64,000 nt of DNA from contig JBDRLN010000066.1 in assembly GCA_043812955.1 (NCBI GenBank), positions 64,885-128,884 of the forward strand. Reading direction: 5' to 3'. The notes under the pieces were generated by a model. It was not told the origin of the DNA. It saw only the letters and a list, made by a program, of their open reading frames with translations, and searched no databases. The position numbers and the translations under genes were made by a program. This DNA comes from Candidatus Omnitrophota bacterium. Lineage in GTDB: Bacteria > Omnitrophota > Gorgyraeia > Gygaellales > Profunditerraquicolaceae. Positions 40,037-49,623 of this stretch are shown here, in pieces; position 1 is the first letter of the stretch; every line of letters begins with the position of its first letter.

Positions 40037-40441
40037 ATGGAGAAAAAAATTTCGGTTGTAATTATAACGATTGCCATAGTAGATTTTATTCTTGCTTTTA
40101 ATTTGCTATTTATGTTTTTTAACTTTGGCATGGGTAGTCAAGTAGCGAATATCAGCAGTAATTTGCGTCATCCACTAATCCCATTTCTTTACGGTTTTTG
40201 TCTTTCATTGCCTGTTCTTATCGCTGCTGTTTCAACAATTAAATTTAGACGGCTTGGCAGAAGGCTAAACATCTATATTTTTGTTTTAGGTGTTTTACTG
40301 TCTCTTGCGCCGTGTCTTGGTGGTGGGATGCGTTATTTAATAGAAGGACGATGGTTTCAATATGAGTTTGTCCGGTTATTGTTTTCCGTAGCAATTCTTG
40401 TATTTCTTTTCCTCCCTAAAGTAAAGGAGCAGTTTAAGTGA
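40037..40441 (+). CDS. Four-TM membrane protein
   Basis: AAGGAG RBS, TTGCGC-16-TATAAT promoter, C-terminal PKVKEQFK. Confidence 0.75.
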   Translation: MEKKISVVIITIAIVDFILAFNLLFMFFNFGMGSQVANISSNLRHPLIPFLYGFCLSLPVLIAAVSTIKFRRLGRRLNIYIFVLGVLLSLAPCLGGGMRYLIEGRWFQYEFVRLLFSVAILVFLFLPKVKEQFK

Positions 40442-40584
40442 ATAAAAAACAATTGATAGTTGCCTTGGCGCTCTTAGTATTTCTGTGTGGGTGCGATAAG
40501 TTTGCCGTCAAAAACGGCAAGGCCGGATTCACTATTCCTTTTGATTTACCCCAGAACAAATCTAACACAGATAAAATTAAGTGA
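40438..40584 (+). CDS. 48-aa small lipoprotein (absent from ORF track)
   Basis: MNKKQLIVALALLVFLCGC-DKFAVK...; AAGGAG RBS; GTGA overlaps with both neighbours. Confidence 0.75.
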   Translation: MNKKQLIVALALLVFLCGCDKFAVKNGKAGFTIPFDLPQNKSNTDKIK

Positions 40585-41120
40585 AATTATCTTTCCTTTT
40601 ATTGTTATTGCTGGCTCCGATAGTATTATTCGTCGGAATTCTATCCCTTCCGCGGAATATCCTGGAGAAAGCCCCCTTTTATTCTAAGCCTCTTATAATA
40701 AATACAATTTGGTTGGCAAAAGAAATAAAAGAAATTTCTACAGATAAGAAGGGAAATAAGGTTTACGAGTTGATCCTAAATCAAGGAGAGCGACTAAAAC
40801 TAGAAAGAGACAAGGATGAAGGTTTATTCTCGTTTCAGACCGAAGAAAGCGAAGATAAATCCTTTTTTGTATTGACTAATAGGGTTGCCACAGACAAAGA
40901 GATTAAAAAGATTATGGGTATAATAAACAACAGGTTCTCAAACTCTTATTCTAGAAAAGAAATGGAAGCTAAATTAATTATTCCTGAAGGCTATAAACAA
41001 GATTTAGGTGTTAAATTTAATGATGTAGACTACACTTTATGCGTTTTATTTGCTATCTTCTGCCTACTAATGTATTTTCCAATTATAATAGCGATTATTA
41101 AACATTTAAGAAAAAGCTAA
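40581..41120 (+). CDS. Hypothetical membrane protein
   Basis: Terminal TM helices around a soluble domain; AT-rich. Confidence 0.6.
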   Translation: MKLSFLLLLLLAPIVLFVGILSLPRNILEKAPFYSKPLIINTIWLAKEIKEISTDKKGNKVYELILNQGERLKLERDKDEGLFSFQTEESEDKSFFVLTNRVATDKEIKKIMGIINNRFSNSYSRKEMEAKLIIPEGYKQDLGVKFNDVDYTLCVLFAIFCLLMYFPIIIAIIKHLRKS

Positions 41121-41142
41121 TAATTTAAAAAAGAGGTATTAT

Positions 41143-41174
41143 TAAAAAACCGCCAATTGCTTGGCGGTTTTTTT
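41143..41174. terminator. Bidirectional terminator
   Basis: aaaaaaccgccaa-ttgc-ttggcggttttttt. Confidence 0.85.
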
Positions 41175-41181
41175 AGGTTAA

Positions 41182-41269
41182 TTGCGAGGAGAGGACCTTC
41201 CCGCTTAAATCATTTTATTATCTGAAGCGGGATCCCGACTATACAATGGTGGATACGGCGAGAACCTTT
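41182..41269 (-). pseudogene. tRNA-fMet 3' fragment (resident-like, decayed) with 63-bp twin-hairpin insert in the T-loop
   Basis: AAAGG-TTC[41261-41199]AGGT-CCTCT-CCTCGCA-A. Confidence 0.75.
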
Positions 41270-41280
41270 CTATTAATATA

Positions 41281-41366
41281 TTGCGGGGGCATGATTTTCC
41301 CGCCAACATGATCTATAATCATAGCGGGATCTCGACTGTTCAATGGTGGAAATCGGGAGAACATGC
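41281..41366 (-). pseudogene. tRNA-fMet-type 3' fragment (different T-stem allele) with 61-bp insert in the T-loop
   Basis: GCATG-TTC[41358-41298]AAAT-CATGC-CCCCGCA-A. Confidence 0.8.
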
Positions 41367-41380
41367 CTATTTTAAATTAT

Positions 41381-41454
41381 TTGCGGGGAGAGGATTTGAA
41401 CCTCTGACCTCAAGGTTATGAGCCTTGCGAGCTACCAGGCTGCTCCACCCCGCG
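41381..41454 (-). tRNA. Initiator tRNA-fMet(CAT), CCA not encoded
   Basis: CGCGGGGTGGAGCAGCCTGGTAGCTCGCAAGGCTCATAACCTTGAGGTCAGAGGTTCAAATCCTCTCCCCGCAA; C1:A72 mismatch; anticodon stem has A29-U41 plus two G-C pairs. Confidence 0.95.
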
Positions 41455-41519
41455 AAATTTCTACCCAAACAAAGAACAACGTAAACGTATTATAACTCAA
41501 AAAAATAAATAATCCAGGT

Positions 41520-41792
41520 TTATTCTTTTCCTCCGACTACCCTGACCGGGATTTCGTCTTTTCGGACTACTCCCATTTTTTCCCGCAGAATTCTCTCCTG
41601 ATATACCGGATCGTTCTCAATACGCCTAAGCTGCTCTTCTAAAAGTTTATTTTCTTTGCCCAAGGCTATATTTTTGTTAAATAAATCCCGGTTTCTATCC
41701 CGCAGTTCTTGGATCTTTGTGTAAGTAGGAAGAAATATGATTAAAAGCAAAATTGCTGCAGCAAAAAACAAAAAGATTTTTCTAAGAATCAT
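41520..41792 (-). CDS. ftsB: Septum formation initiator FtsB/DivIC
   Basis: TM, coiled coil, ERILREKMGVVRKDE; follows eno. Confidence 0.85.
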   Translation of the reverse strand: MILRKIFLFFAAAILLLIIFLPTYTKIQELRDRNRDLFNKNIALGKENKLLEEQLRRIENDPVYQERILREKMGVVRKDEIPVRVVGGKE

Positions 41793-43057
41793 TATTTTTT
41801 CAATAATTTACCGGCGTAAATCGCCTTTTTACCTAATTCTTCCTCTATCCTTAAAAGCTCGTTATATTTGCAGATTCTGTCGGTGCGGGATAAAGAACCG
41901 GTTTTAATCTGACCGCATCCGGATGAAACAGCTAAATGGGCTATGGTCGTGTCTTCAGTCTCTCCGCTGCGGTGAGAAATAATCGCTTTGTATTTATTTT
42001 TATGGGCGATAGCAATAGTTTTTAAGGTTTCGGATAATGAGCCTATCTGGTTGACTTTTATTAGGATAGCATTGCCGATCCCATCTTGAATGCCTTTCTC
42101 GAAGATCTTGGGATTAGTAACGAATACATCATCGCCAACTAATTGTAATTTGGAGCCTAATTTACGGGTCATCTTTTGCCATCCATCGGCGTCGTGCTCG
42201 GAAAGCCCATCTTCTATAGATAGGATGGGGTATTTATTGATCCATCCAGCATAAATATCGATAAGGCCGTTGGAATCCCTTCGGGAATTATCAAAGGAAT
42301 AAATACCTTCTTTACAAAAAGAACTGGCTGCGCAATCTAAGGCCAGATAGACGTCTTTGCCGGGTTTATAGCCTGTTTTTTCAATTGCCTGTAAAATTAA
42401 CCCTAACGCTTCTTCATTAGATTGCAAGTTAGGAGCAAAACCGCCTTCATCACCTACTGAAGTAGAGAGGCTTTTGGATTTTAGAATAGATTTTAAATTG
42501 TGAAATACCTCAGTTGCCATCCGGATAGCCTCGCTAAAGCTTGGGGCGCCTACCGGCATGATCATAAATTCCTGGATATCCAGATTGTTATCTGCATGTA
42601 AACCGCCGTTTAAGATGTTCATCAAAGGCACGGGAAGGATTCTAGCTTTAACGCCACCTAGGAATTTGTATAAGGGTTGTTTTTTAGCTAGCGCAGCTGC
42701 TTTAGCCACTGCCATAGATACTCCTAAAATAGCATTGGCACCCAGCTTGGATTTGTTTTCGGTTCCGTCCAGGTCGATCATGATCTTATCTATCTTTTCG
42801 AAATCCGGCTCCAATCCCTTTATTTCAGAGGCAATTACAGTATTGACATTGTTTACCGCGTTTAAAACCCCCTTACCTAAATATTTAGCTTTATCCCCAT
42901 CACGCATCTCCAGGGCTTCATTATCACCGGTAGACGCCCCTGAAGGCACAGCCGCCCTTCCCAGAATGCCGTTATTTAAAATAACATCAACCTCTACGGT
43001 AGGGTTACCCCGGGAATCTAAAATCTGTCTGCCCTGAATCTTTTTGATCTTGCTCAT
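41792..43057 (-). CDS. eno: Enolase
   Basis: [38 protein letters not shown]. Confidence 0.98.
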   Translation of the reverse strand: MSKIKKIQGRQILDSRGNPTVEVDVILNNGILGRAAVPSGASTGDNEALEMRDGDKAKYLGKGVLNAVNNVNTVIASEIKGLEPDFEKIDKIMIDLDGTENKSKLGANAILGVSMAVAKAAALAKKQPLYKFLGGVKARILPVPLMNILNGGLHADNNLDIQEFMIMPVGAPSFSEAIRMATEVFHNLKSILKSKSLSTSVGDEGGFAPNLQSNEEALGLILQAIEKTGYKPGKDVYLALDCAASSFCKEGIYSFDNSRRDSNGLIDIYAGWINKYPILSIEDGLSEHDADGWQKMTRKLGSKLQLVGDDVFVTNPKIFEKGIQDGIGNAILIKVNQIGSLSETLKTIAIAHKNKYKAIISHRSGETEDTTIAHLAVSSGCGQIKTGSLSRTDRICKYNELLRIEEELGKKAIYAGKLLKK

Positions 43058-43141
43058 TTATTGTTTTCTCCTTAGGTTATTGATTTAGGGGTGAAAGTAC
43101 ATTATACATACCAAACTACTACAGTCAAACAATATTTATGG

Positions 43142-43245
43142 CAGGTAGGTAGCGGGTCCTGCCCGAAGGAGACGGCTCTTGGGCCCCTCCGCCCGGTGTG
43201 GATCCTCCCAAATCGCCGCCATCCTTCGGTCACCCGCTGTTCTTG
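43142..43245. other. GC-rich ~100-nt hairpin between the divergent eno and ftsH-like promoters
   Basis: agcgggt/acccgct, ccgaagga/tccttcgg, cggc/gccg, ttggg/cccaa, tcc/gga. Confidence 0.75.
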
Positions 43246-43332
43246 TTATAATAGTAGTGCAATTTTTAAAAGAAGAATTGACTTTTGAAGGCTAATGTGA
43301 TAATTTAAAGTTCTATGAAAGGAGCAAGCCCC

Positions 43333-45027
43333 ATGAATTGGCGAAAAACCAAGGTGTTTTTTAAACTGCACTGGTTAGGTATCAGCGGTTCGATTGTTGT
43401 CATTGCCATAGCTATATCTTTCGTGTATTTCGTAAGCAGCGCTGTAAATGCCTGGATTACATCCGAGTCTTATTTCAAAAAATCACTTCTCGCCCAGAAT
43501 GCGATTTTCTTCTATATATTCCTGGTTTTGAATTTAATCACCCTGCCGTTAAGCGGTTTACTCTGGATATGGGTTATGAGGGGCGGGCATATGAAGTTTT
43601 CCCAGATAGGCAAAAAAGCGGTAAAGGGTAAAGAAATAAAAATACATTGGCAGGATGTTATCGGTATGGAAGAAGCCAAGGAAGAGGCGATGGAAGTGGT
43701 GCGTTTAGTTTCTGACCGGGCTAAACTGCAGGCAATCGGGGGCCAGATTTTAAGGGGGATATTAATGATCGGCCCTCCGGGCTGCGGCAAGACCTATTTA
43801 GCCAAAGCTATTGCTACCGAAGCAAATATGCCTTTTATTTCAATGTCCGGCTCAGAATTTATCGAGATGTTTGTGGGAGTAGGGGCCAGCCGGATCCGCA
43901 AACTTTTCAAACAGGCTCGGCAATTAGCCTATACAGACGGCGGCTGTATAATTTTTATTGATGAACTTGATGCGGTTGGGGCCCAGCGTTCAGTGGACCG
44001 GGGTTTTGGCGGCCAGACAGAATCCAACACTACTTTAAACCAATTGCTTATAGAAATGGATGGTTTAAAGGAAAAAGAACAAAACGTGATTATAATCGGG
44101 GCGACCAATGCGCCAGAAGGTTTCCTGGATCCTGCTTTGATAAGGCCGGGAAGATTTGACCGTAAAATTTATGTTAATCAGCCTAACCTGGAAGAGCGGG
44201 AGAAGCTATTTGAGTATTACATGAAAGAAGTCAAATGCGATGATACAGTAGACCGCCAGCGCATGGCCAGGCTAACCGTTGGCAATAGCCCTGCGGATAT
44301 CTCTAATCTTATCCGGGAAGCGGCTTTAATTGCCGTCAGAAACAGGAAAGAGCTGATTTCTATGAAAGAAATTTCTGAGGCCTATGATCGGGTGGAGATG
44401 GGCATAAAACATAAAATAGTCTTTGCCCAGAGCGACAGGGAGAAGATCGCTTATCATGAAGCCGGACATGCCATAGCTATGTATTTTCTGGCCCCTCATA
44501 AAGATGTTTTTAAGGCTACAATACTTGCCAGGGGCGGGGCCTTAGGGTTTGTTATGCCCCACCCGCGGGAAGAAATACATGTGCGCACTAAAGATCAATA
44601 CCTGGGGGATATTAAGGTCAGCCTGGGTTCTTATGCCGCAGAGAAATTAAAGCTTAAAATTACTACTTCCGGCGTGAGCCAGGATTTTACTAGTGCCATG
44701 CGGATTGCCCATCAGATGGTTTGGAATTGGGGTATGGGTAATTCCGGGTTAGTAGGTAATTACGGTTTATTGGCTTCTATGAACCAGGGGATGGGTGTAT
44801 TTAAAGGGGAAAATGTTTCTTATATTTCGGAAAAACTTAAAGAACAACTAAATAATGACGTCCAACAGATTATCAACGGATGTTTAAAAGAGGTGGATGA
44901 TCTTTTAAAACAGGAATCCGCTCTTCTTGAGCGTTTTGCCAAGGAACTGCTGGCCAAAGACGAATTAAATTATGATGAGATTGAAGCTATATTTAAAGAA
45001 TTCCATAAAGCCCGCCCTCCTATTTAA
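43333..45027 (+). CDS. FtsH-like AAA+ zinc metalloprotease with very short periplasmic loop
   Basis: [37 protein letters not shown]. Confidence 0.92.
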   Translation: MNWRKTKVFFKLHWLGISGSIVVIAIAISFVYFVSSAVNAWITSESYFKKSLLAQNAIFFYIFLVLNLITLPLSGLLWIWVMRGGHMKFSQIGKKAVKGKEIKIHWQDVIGMEEAKEEAMEVVRLVSDRAKLQAIGGQILRGILMIGPPGCGKTYLAKAIATEANMPFISMSGSEFIEMFVGVGASRIRKLFKQARQLAYTDGGCIIFIDELDAVGAQRSVDRGFGGQTESNTTLNQLLIEMDGLKEKEQNVIIIGATNAPEGFLDPALIRPGRFDRKIYVNQPNLEEREKLFEYYMKEVKCDDTVDRQRMARLTVGNSPADISNLIREAALIAVRNRKELISMKEISEAYDRVEMGIKHKIVFAQSDREKIAYHEAGHAIAMYFLAPHKDVFKATILARGGALGFVMPHPREEIHVRTKDQYLGDIKVSLGSYAAEKLKLKITTSGVSQDFTSAMRIAHQMVWNWGMGNSGLVGNYGLLASMNQGMGVFKGENVSYISEKLKEQLNNDVQQIINGCLKEVDDLLKQESALLERFAKELLAKDELNYDEIEAIFKEFHKARPPI

Positions 45028-45850
45028 TCTGATATTAATATTTTCGCTTTTTTTATCCGGCTGCGATAGTTCGATAAAGCCCACTTATAAAGAAGAAGAT
45101 ATCCCATTTCTGGTAAAGAAAATCTGTAAAGAAGAATATAAGCTGGATGTAATTACTAAAAGAAATCCTACTGCGCTATGGATTTATGCTCCTTTACAAA
45201 AGATCCTGCATAATGAATATGGTATCAAAGAAGGAAAGTTTTTTGATGAAGAGATTATGGAGAAAATGCGCAATATATTGACTACGGTAGGCAGGGTATT
45301 GATTAGTTCCGATAATGCCCCAGAATTCTTTGCCTTGTTGGCCTCGGATATTAATATCGGTATAGATTATACTATAATTAGCAGCGTTTTGGATTTAAAG
45401 AAATCTTATGCGGGATTTATCCCCTGGACCGAGGCTAACCGTAGGTATGTGGTTAGGTTGAAAGAAAACTCCGAGGCAATAAATGATAAGACTGGCCAGC
45501 ATCTAATAGCCGAAAAGATAGTTTTGCCTGATTTTTTGGCCGAGCAGATAGCCGGGAGGATAGGCAGCCATTTTCAGGGAGAAGCTTTAAAGGGGAGTTT
45601 TAAGGTAGATAAAGTAGATGGAGTTTTTGAAATTGATAGGTTTATATTTGAATATTCCATAAACCAGACTCAAGCCTTAAAAAATAAGATAGATCTGCAG
45701 AATGAGATAATAAAGATAGCGGCTTATTGTATCAAGACTTATGAGTTTAAGGATTTTTCAGCGGTGGAGTTAAAGGATTTGTTTACTAACGAGGAAACTG
45801 TAGTTGGTAAGGATTTTATCTGGTCCAGCCCGGTTAATGAGAGATTCTGA
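44972..45850 (+). CDS. Hypothetical lipoprotein
   Basis: Lipobox LSGC. Confidence 0.7.
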   Translation: MMRLKLYLKNSIKPALLFNLILIFSLFLSGCDSSIKPTYKEEDIPFLVKKICKEEYKLDVITKRNPTALWIYAPLQKILHNEYGIKEGKFFDEEIMEKMRNILTTVGRVLISSDNAPEFFALLASDINIGIDYTIISSVLDLKKSYAGFIPWTEANRRYVVRLKENSEAINDKTGQHLIAEKIVLPDFLAEQIAGRIGSHFQGEALKGSFKVDKVDGVFEIDRFIFEYSINQTQALKNKIDLQNEIIKIAAYCIKTYEFKDFSAVELKDLFTNEETVVGKDFIWSSPVNERF

Positions 45851-46415
45851 TTCTTCTTCCTTTTAAGGAGAGCTTGCCGTCCAAAAATAATTTTATAGCC
45901 TTAGGATAGATCCCGTGTTCGATTTGATGAATTTTTTCCTCTAGAGAGCGGATAGTGTCGAACATATCTATTTTTACAGCCTCCTGAAGGATTATCGGGC
46001 CATGGTCTATTAATTCATCTACGAAATGAACGGTTACTCCGGTAATCCTGACTCCGTAATCAAGGGCATCTTTTATGCCCTGCCTTCCTTTAAAAGAAGG
46101 CAGGAGGCTGGGGTGGATATTGATGATCCGGTTTTTATGTTTTCGGATAAATTCCTTACTTAAGACCCGCATAAAACCAGCCAGGATAATTAAATGTACT
46201 TTTTCTTTCTTGATATATCCGGCGATTTTTGCTTCATTTGATTCCAGGATAACTTTTATACCCATATTTTTAGCCTTACTGATCACTGCTGCTTCTGGGT
46301 TATCGCAGACTAAAAGCGCGAGTCTGCATTTTAGTCTCCCCTTTTTAATTTCTTTAGCTATCGCTAAAAAATTGCTCCCCCGGCCTGAAGCGAATACCGC
46401 TATATTTTTATTCAT
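45834..46415 (-). CDS. purN: Phosphoribosylglycinamide formyltransferase
   Basis: FASGRGSN, LAGFMR, NIHPSLLP, GVTVHFV. Confidence 0.96.
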   Translation of the reverse strand: MNKNIAVFASGRGSNFLAIAKEIKKGRLKCRLALLVCDNPEAAVISKAKNMGIKVILESNEAKIAGYIKKEKVHLIILAGFMRVLSKEFIRKHKNRIINIHPSLLPSFKGRQGIKDALDYGVRITGVTVHFVDELIDHGPIILQEAVKIDMFDTIRSLEEKIHQIEHGIYPKAIKLFLDGKLSLKGRRIRISH

Positions 46416-46474
46416 ATCATCGCCTTTACTTTACCTATACCTCTACCTATACAAAATATTGCCGAGTTTATTTA

Positions 46475-47260
46475 TTACCTAATTCGAATTGTCTTCGCGG
46501 GGCATACCTTAACGCAATCCCCGCAGGAAATGCATTTATTATAGTTTATAATTGCCAAATTATCAACTATATGTATCGCGTCGTACTTGCAGGTTTTTTC
46601 GCAAATCCGGCAGGCAATGCATCCCACAGAACAGACTATCCTGGTATCTTTTCCTGGATCGCGGGAACTACAGGCAACATATACAGATGAAGAATAAGGC
46701 CCAAGAAAAAAAAGTTTTTTAGGGCATACTTCTACGCATTTATTGCAGGCAAGGCATTTTTGACTATCTATTACCGGTAGAAATTCCTTCGACATCTTAA
46801 TTGCCCCAAAAGGGCAAACCCTAGAGCAATCACCAAACCCTAAACACCCGAAAAAACATTCTTTTTGCCCGCCCAGAGCGAGGATAGCCTCCGAGCAGTT
46901 TATAAGGCCGGTATAGGAAAATTTATCTTTTACTTTTATACCACCATTGCAGCGCAGGATAGCGTTAAGCCGTATCTTTTTGTCCAGTTTCTGCCCTAAT
47001 ACTTTAGCAATTTCTTGTTTATTATTGTCCGTGTTTACTTTACACTTTTGAATATCTATCTCTCCGGATAGCAGGCCTTCCGCAAAACCTAAGCAACCGG
47101 CTTTGCCGCAGGCGCCGCAGTTAGCTCCTGGCAGAAGGGTCAATATCTTATCGAGCCGGGGGTCGCCAGTAACAGAAAACTTTTTTGAGGCTAGGATTAA
47201 ACCTATGCCAAATGCTAATCCCAGCCCGCCCAATATTAATGCGGGTATTATTATATCCAT
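46475..47260 (-). CDS. rnfB: Rnf subunit B
   Basis: LPGANCGACGKAGC and multiple ferredoxin motifs. Confidence 0.93.
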   Translation of the reverse strand: MDIIIPALILGGLGLAFGIGLILASKKFSVTGDPRLDKILTLLPGANCGACGKAGCLGFAEGLLSGEIDIQKCKVNTDNNKQEIAKVLGQKLDKKIRLNAILRCNGGIKVKDKFSYTGLINCSEAILALGGQKECFFGCLGFGDCSRVCPFGAIKMSKEFLPVIDSQKCLACNKCVEVCPKKLFFLGPYSSSVYVACSSRDPGKDTRIVCSVGCIACRICEKTCKYDAIHIVDNLAIINYNKCISCGDCVKVCPAKTIRIR

Positions 47261-47288
47261 AGTTAGCGTAAAGTGTAAAACGCCTGAA

Positions 47289-47350
47289 AATGGGAACAGG
47301 ATTATTTTTCTTTATTCTGCTTGCTCGTAAAAAATAATTCCGATCCCATT
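47289..47350. repeat. Degenerate copy of the 13613 inverted repeat
   Basis: aatgggaacaggattattttt ... aaaaataattccgatcccatt. Confidence 0.7.
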
Positions 47351-47384
47351 AGCGCTCTAAGCTTATTCTTAATTCTCATTTTTC

Positions 47385-47993
47385 CTAGAATCTAAACCCA
47401 TTGAATCCCATAAAACTCAAGCTCATAATCGAAGCAATAATAAAGGCAATGGGGAATTCTTTTAAAGCCTTAGGCACATAGCAATAGTCAAGCCTTTCTC
47501 TTATGCCGGACATCAGTAACATTGCCAGTGCATAACCTAAGCCTACCGAGATACCCTGAAAAACAGAATAGGCAAAGCTTCCCGGCACAGCAATATTTTT
47601 TAGAAAGAACATTTCTGAGTTTAAAACTGCCACTCCCATGACAGCGCAATTACAGGTTATCAAGGGTAGGTATATTCCGAAAGCCCTGTAAATTGCTGGG
47701 TTGGCCCTTTTAATCACGATTTCCACTAACTGAACAAAAGCGGCAATCACCAGGATAAATGATACAGTGCGTAAATAGGTTATGTCAAAAGGGATGAGTA
47801 AGTATCTATAAATAACCCAGGTTATAGCTGAAGACATTGTTGTAACAAACATAACTGCCAGGCTCATGGCCAATGCCGGTTTGGTTTCTTTGGAGATGGC
47901 GATAAAAGGGCATAATCCTAGAAAGCGCGAGAGGATTACATTGTAAATAAAAACGCTTGAAATAAATATGTTAAGGAATTGAGAGGGGTTCAT
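47385..47993 (-). CDS. rnfA: Rnf subunit A
   Basis: FLGLCPF, IYLPLITCNCAVMG, GIRERL. Confidence 0.93.
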   Translation of the reverse strand: MNPSQFLNIFISSVFIYNVILSRFLGLCPFIAISKETKPALAMSLAVMFVTTMSSAITWVIYRYLLIPFDITYLRTVSFILVIAAFVQLVEIVIKRANPAIYRAFGIYLPLITCNCAVMGVAVLNSEMFFLKNIAVPGSFAYSVFQGISVGLGYALAMLLMSGIRERLDYCYVPKALKEFPIAFIIASIMSLSFMGFNGFRF

Positions 47994-48068
47994 CCCGCAC
48001 CTTCCTTTTTATTTATAATTCTAAAACCATTTGTTTTAAAGTCATTTAATCTTTTGGAAGGTGCGGGA
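47993..48068. mobile_element. 76-bp MITE-like element, copy 1, flanked by TGAA duplication (minus strand)
   Basis: Terminal IR tcccgcaccttcc/ggaaggtgcggga; ttca at 47989-47992 and 48069-48072. Confidence 0.85.
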
Positions 48069-48069
48069 T

Positions 48070-48663
48070 TCATGCTTTCCTGTTCTTTAAAAGGTTAAAA
48101 AAACCCAGTAATAAACCAATCACTAATAATGCGCCCGAAGGCATAGCTATTAATGATATTGGTTCAAAGCCCTTGATCAGGCTATAGCCCATAATCTGGC
48201 CGGCGCCTAATAATTCCCGTATAGCTGAAATTAGAATCAAGGCCAAGGTAAAACCAATACCCATGCCTAAGCCGTCCAGCAGGCAATTTAATAATCTATT
48301 TTTACTGGCAAAGGCTTCAGCCCGGCCCAGGACAATGCAATTTACCACGATCAGGGGGACATAAATCCCCAATGCCCGGTTAAGCGCCGGGCTATAAGCT
48401 TTCATTAACAATTCGGTAATGGTAACAAAGGTAGCGATCACTACTACGAAACAAGGGATACGTATTTTATTTGGGATAAAGTTTTTGATTAAAGAGATGA
48501 TTATGTTTGAGCCCAAAAGGACAAAAGTCGAAGCAATGCCCATGCCTATCCCGTTAATTACCGATACTGACACTGCCAGGGTCGGGCATAGCCCCAGGGC
48601 CAGGACAAAGGTCGGGTTCTCCTTAATAATTCCTTTTATAAATTCCCTATAAGAATTATTCAT
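48070..48663 (-). CDS. rnfE: Rnf subunit E
   Basis: ENPTFVLALGLCPTLAV, PLIVVNCIVLGRAEAFA. Confidence 0.94.
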   Translation of the reverse strand: MNNSYREFIKGIIKENPTFVLALGLCPTLAVSVSVINGIGMGIASTFVLLGSNIIISLIKNFIPNKIRIPCFVVVIATFVTITELLMKAYSPALNRALGIYVPLIVVNCIVLGRAEAFASKNRLLNCLLDGLGMGIGFTLALILISAIRELLGAGQIMGYSLIKGFEPISLIAMPSGALLVIGLLLGFFNLLKNRKA

Positions 48664-49623
48664 TTATTTAGTTCCATAAATCCTGCTCTTAGTATATCTA
48701 TCAATAATCGGCGCTGCCGCGTTCATTATCAATATGGAATAGCATACGCCTTCGGCAGAACCGCCCCATAACCGGATAATTATAGTGAACAGCCCGCAGC
48801 CGATGCCGAAAAATATTTGTCCTTTGCGGGTCAATGGAGAAGTAACATAATCTGTAGCCATAAAAAAAGCGCCCAGAATAAGCCCGCCGGATAAAATATG
48901 GAATAACCAGTCTCCGCTAAAATAACCTTTTGGCCCGAATACATAAGCCAATAAACCCACGGTTATTATATAAGGAATAGGGATGTGCCAGGATATATAA
49001 CCTTTAAGTAAAAGAAATATCGCGCCTAAAATAAGGGCTAGTATAAATATCTCGCCGATACAACCTGCTTTATTTCCCAGGAACAAATCTAGGTAGGATA
49101 GGTTATTTAGGGTTCCGCCTTCTTTTATTAAGGTCAGGGGGGTTGCCTGGGTTATGGCATCATAATTAAACCCAGCCCCTGCGTGCAGGGGCTGGGTAAA
49201 AGCTGTCATGTATTTTGGCCAGGAGGCAACCAAAAAAGCCCTTCCGACTAATGCTGGATTGAATATATTCTGGCCTAAACCTCCAAAAACAAACTTGCCT
49301 ATTGCGATAGCGAAAAAGGAACCGGCAATCGGTAGCCAAAAAGGGGTGTTGGGAGGCAGGTTATAACTTAAAAGTAACCCGGTTAAAAAAGCGCTTCCGT
49401 CAAAAATAGCAATTTTTCTTTTGAAGAGTTTTTGTAAGAATAATTCACTGAGTAAGGCAGAGGTTATTCCCAGGATAATCGTCCAAAGCGCGCTGAGACC
49501 GAAAATATATATTCCGAAAAGACCTGTCGGGATCAAGCTGATAATTACCAGCCACATTATTTTGTTAGTGGATTCCCGGGTGTGGATGTGGGGCGAAGAA
49601 GATACAATTAGCTTATTTGGCAT
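48664..49623 (-). CDS. rnfD: Rnf subunit D
   Basis: SSSPHI, FGGLGQNIFNPA, ATPL FMN site, FMATDYVTSP. Confidence 0.95.
   Translation of the reverse strand: MPNKLIVSSSPHIHTRESTNKIMWLVIISLIPTGLFGIYIFGLSALWTIILGITSALLSELFLQKLFKRKIAIFDGSAFLTGLLLSYNLPPNTPFWLPIAGSFFAIAIGKFVFGGLGQNIFNPALVGRAFLVASWPKYMTAFTQPLHAGAGFNYDAITQATPLTLIKEGGTLNNLSYLDLFLGNKAGCIGEIFILALILGAIFLLLKGYISWHIPIPYIITVGLLAYVFGPKGYFSGDWLFHILSGGLILGAFFMATDYVTSPLTRKGQIFFGIGCGLFTIIIRLWGGSAEGVCYSILIMNAAAPIIDRYTKSRIYGTK
49170..49197. repeat. In-frame palindrome inside rnfD
   Basis: acccagcccctgc-gt-gcaggggctgggt, encoding TQPLHAGAGF. Confidence 0.8.

Noticed and set aside
40487-40687. 66-aa ORF from the track
   Set aside because: Conflicts with the better-supported lipoprotein at 40438-40584.
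43142-43245. SRP RNA, 6S RNA or tRNA
   Set aside because: No GNRA-loop/AGCAG SRP motif on either strand, too short for 6S, and no cloverleaf.
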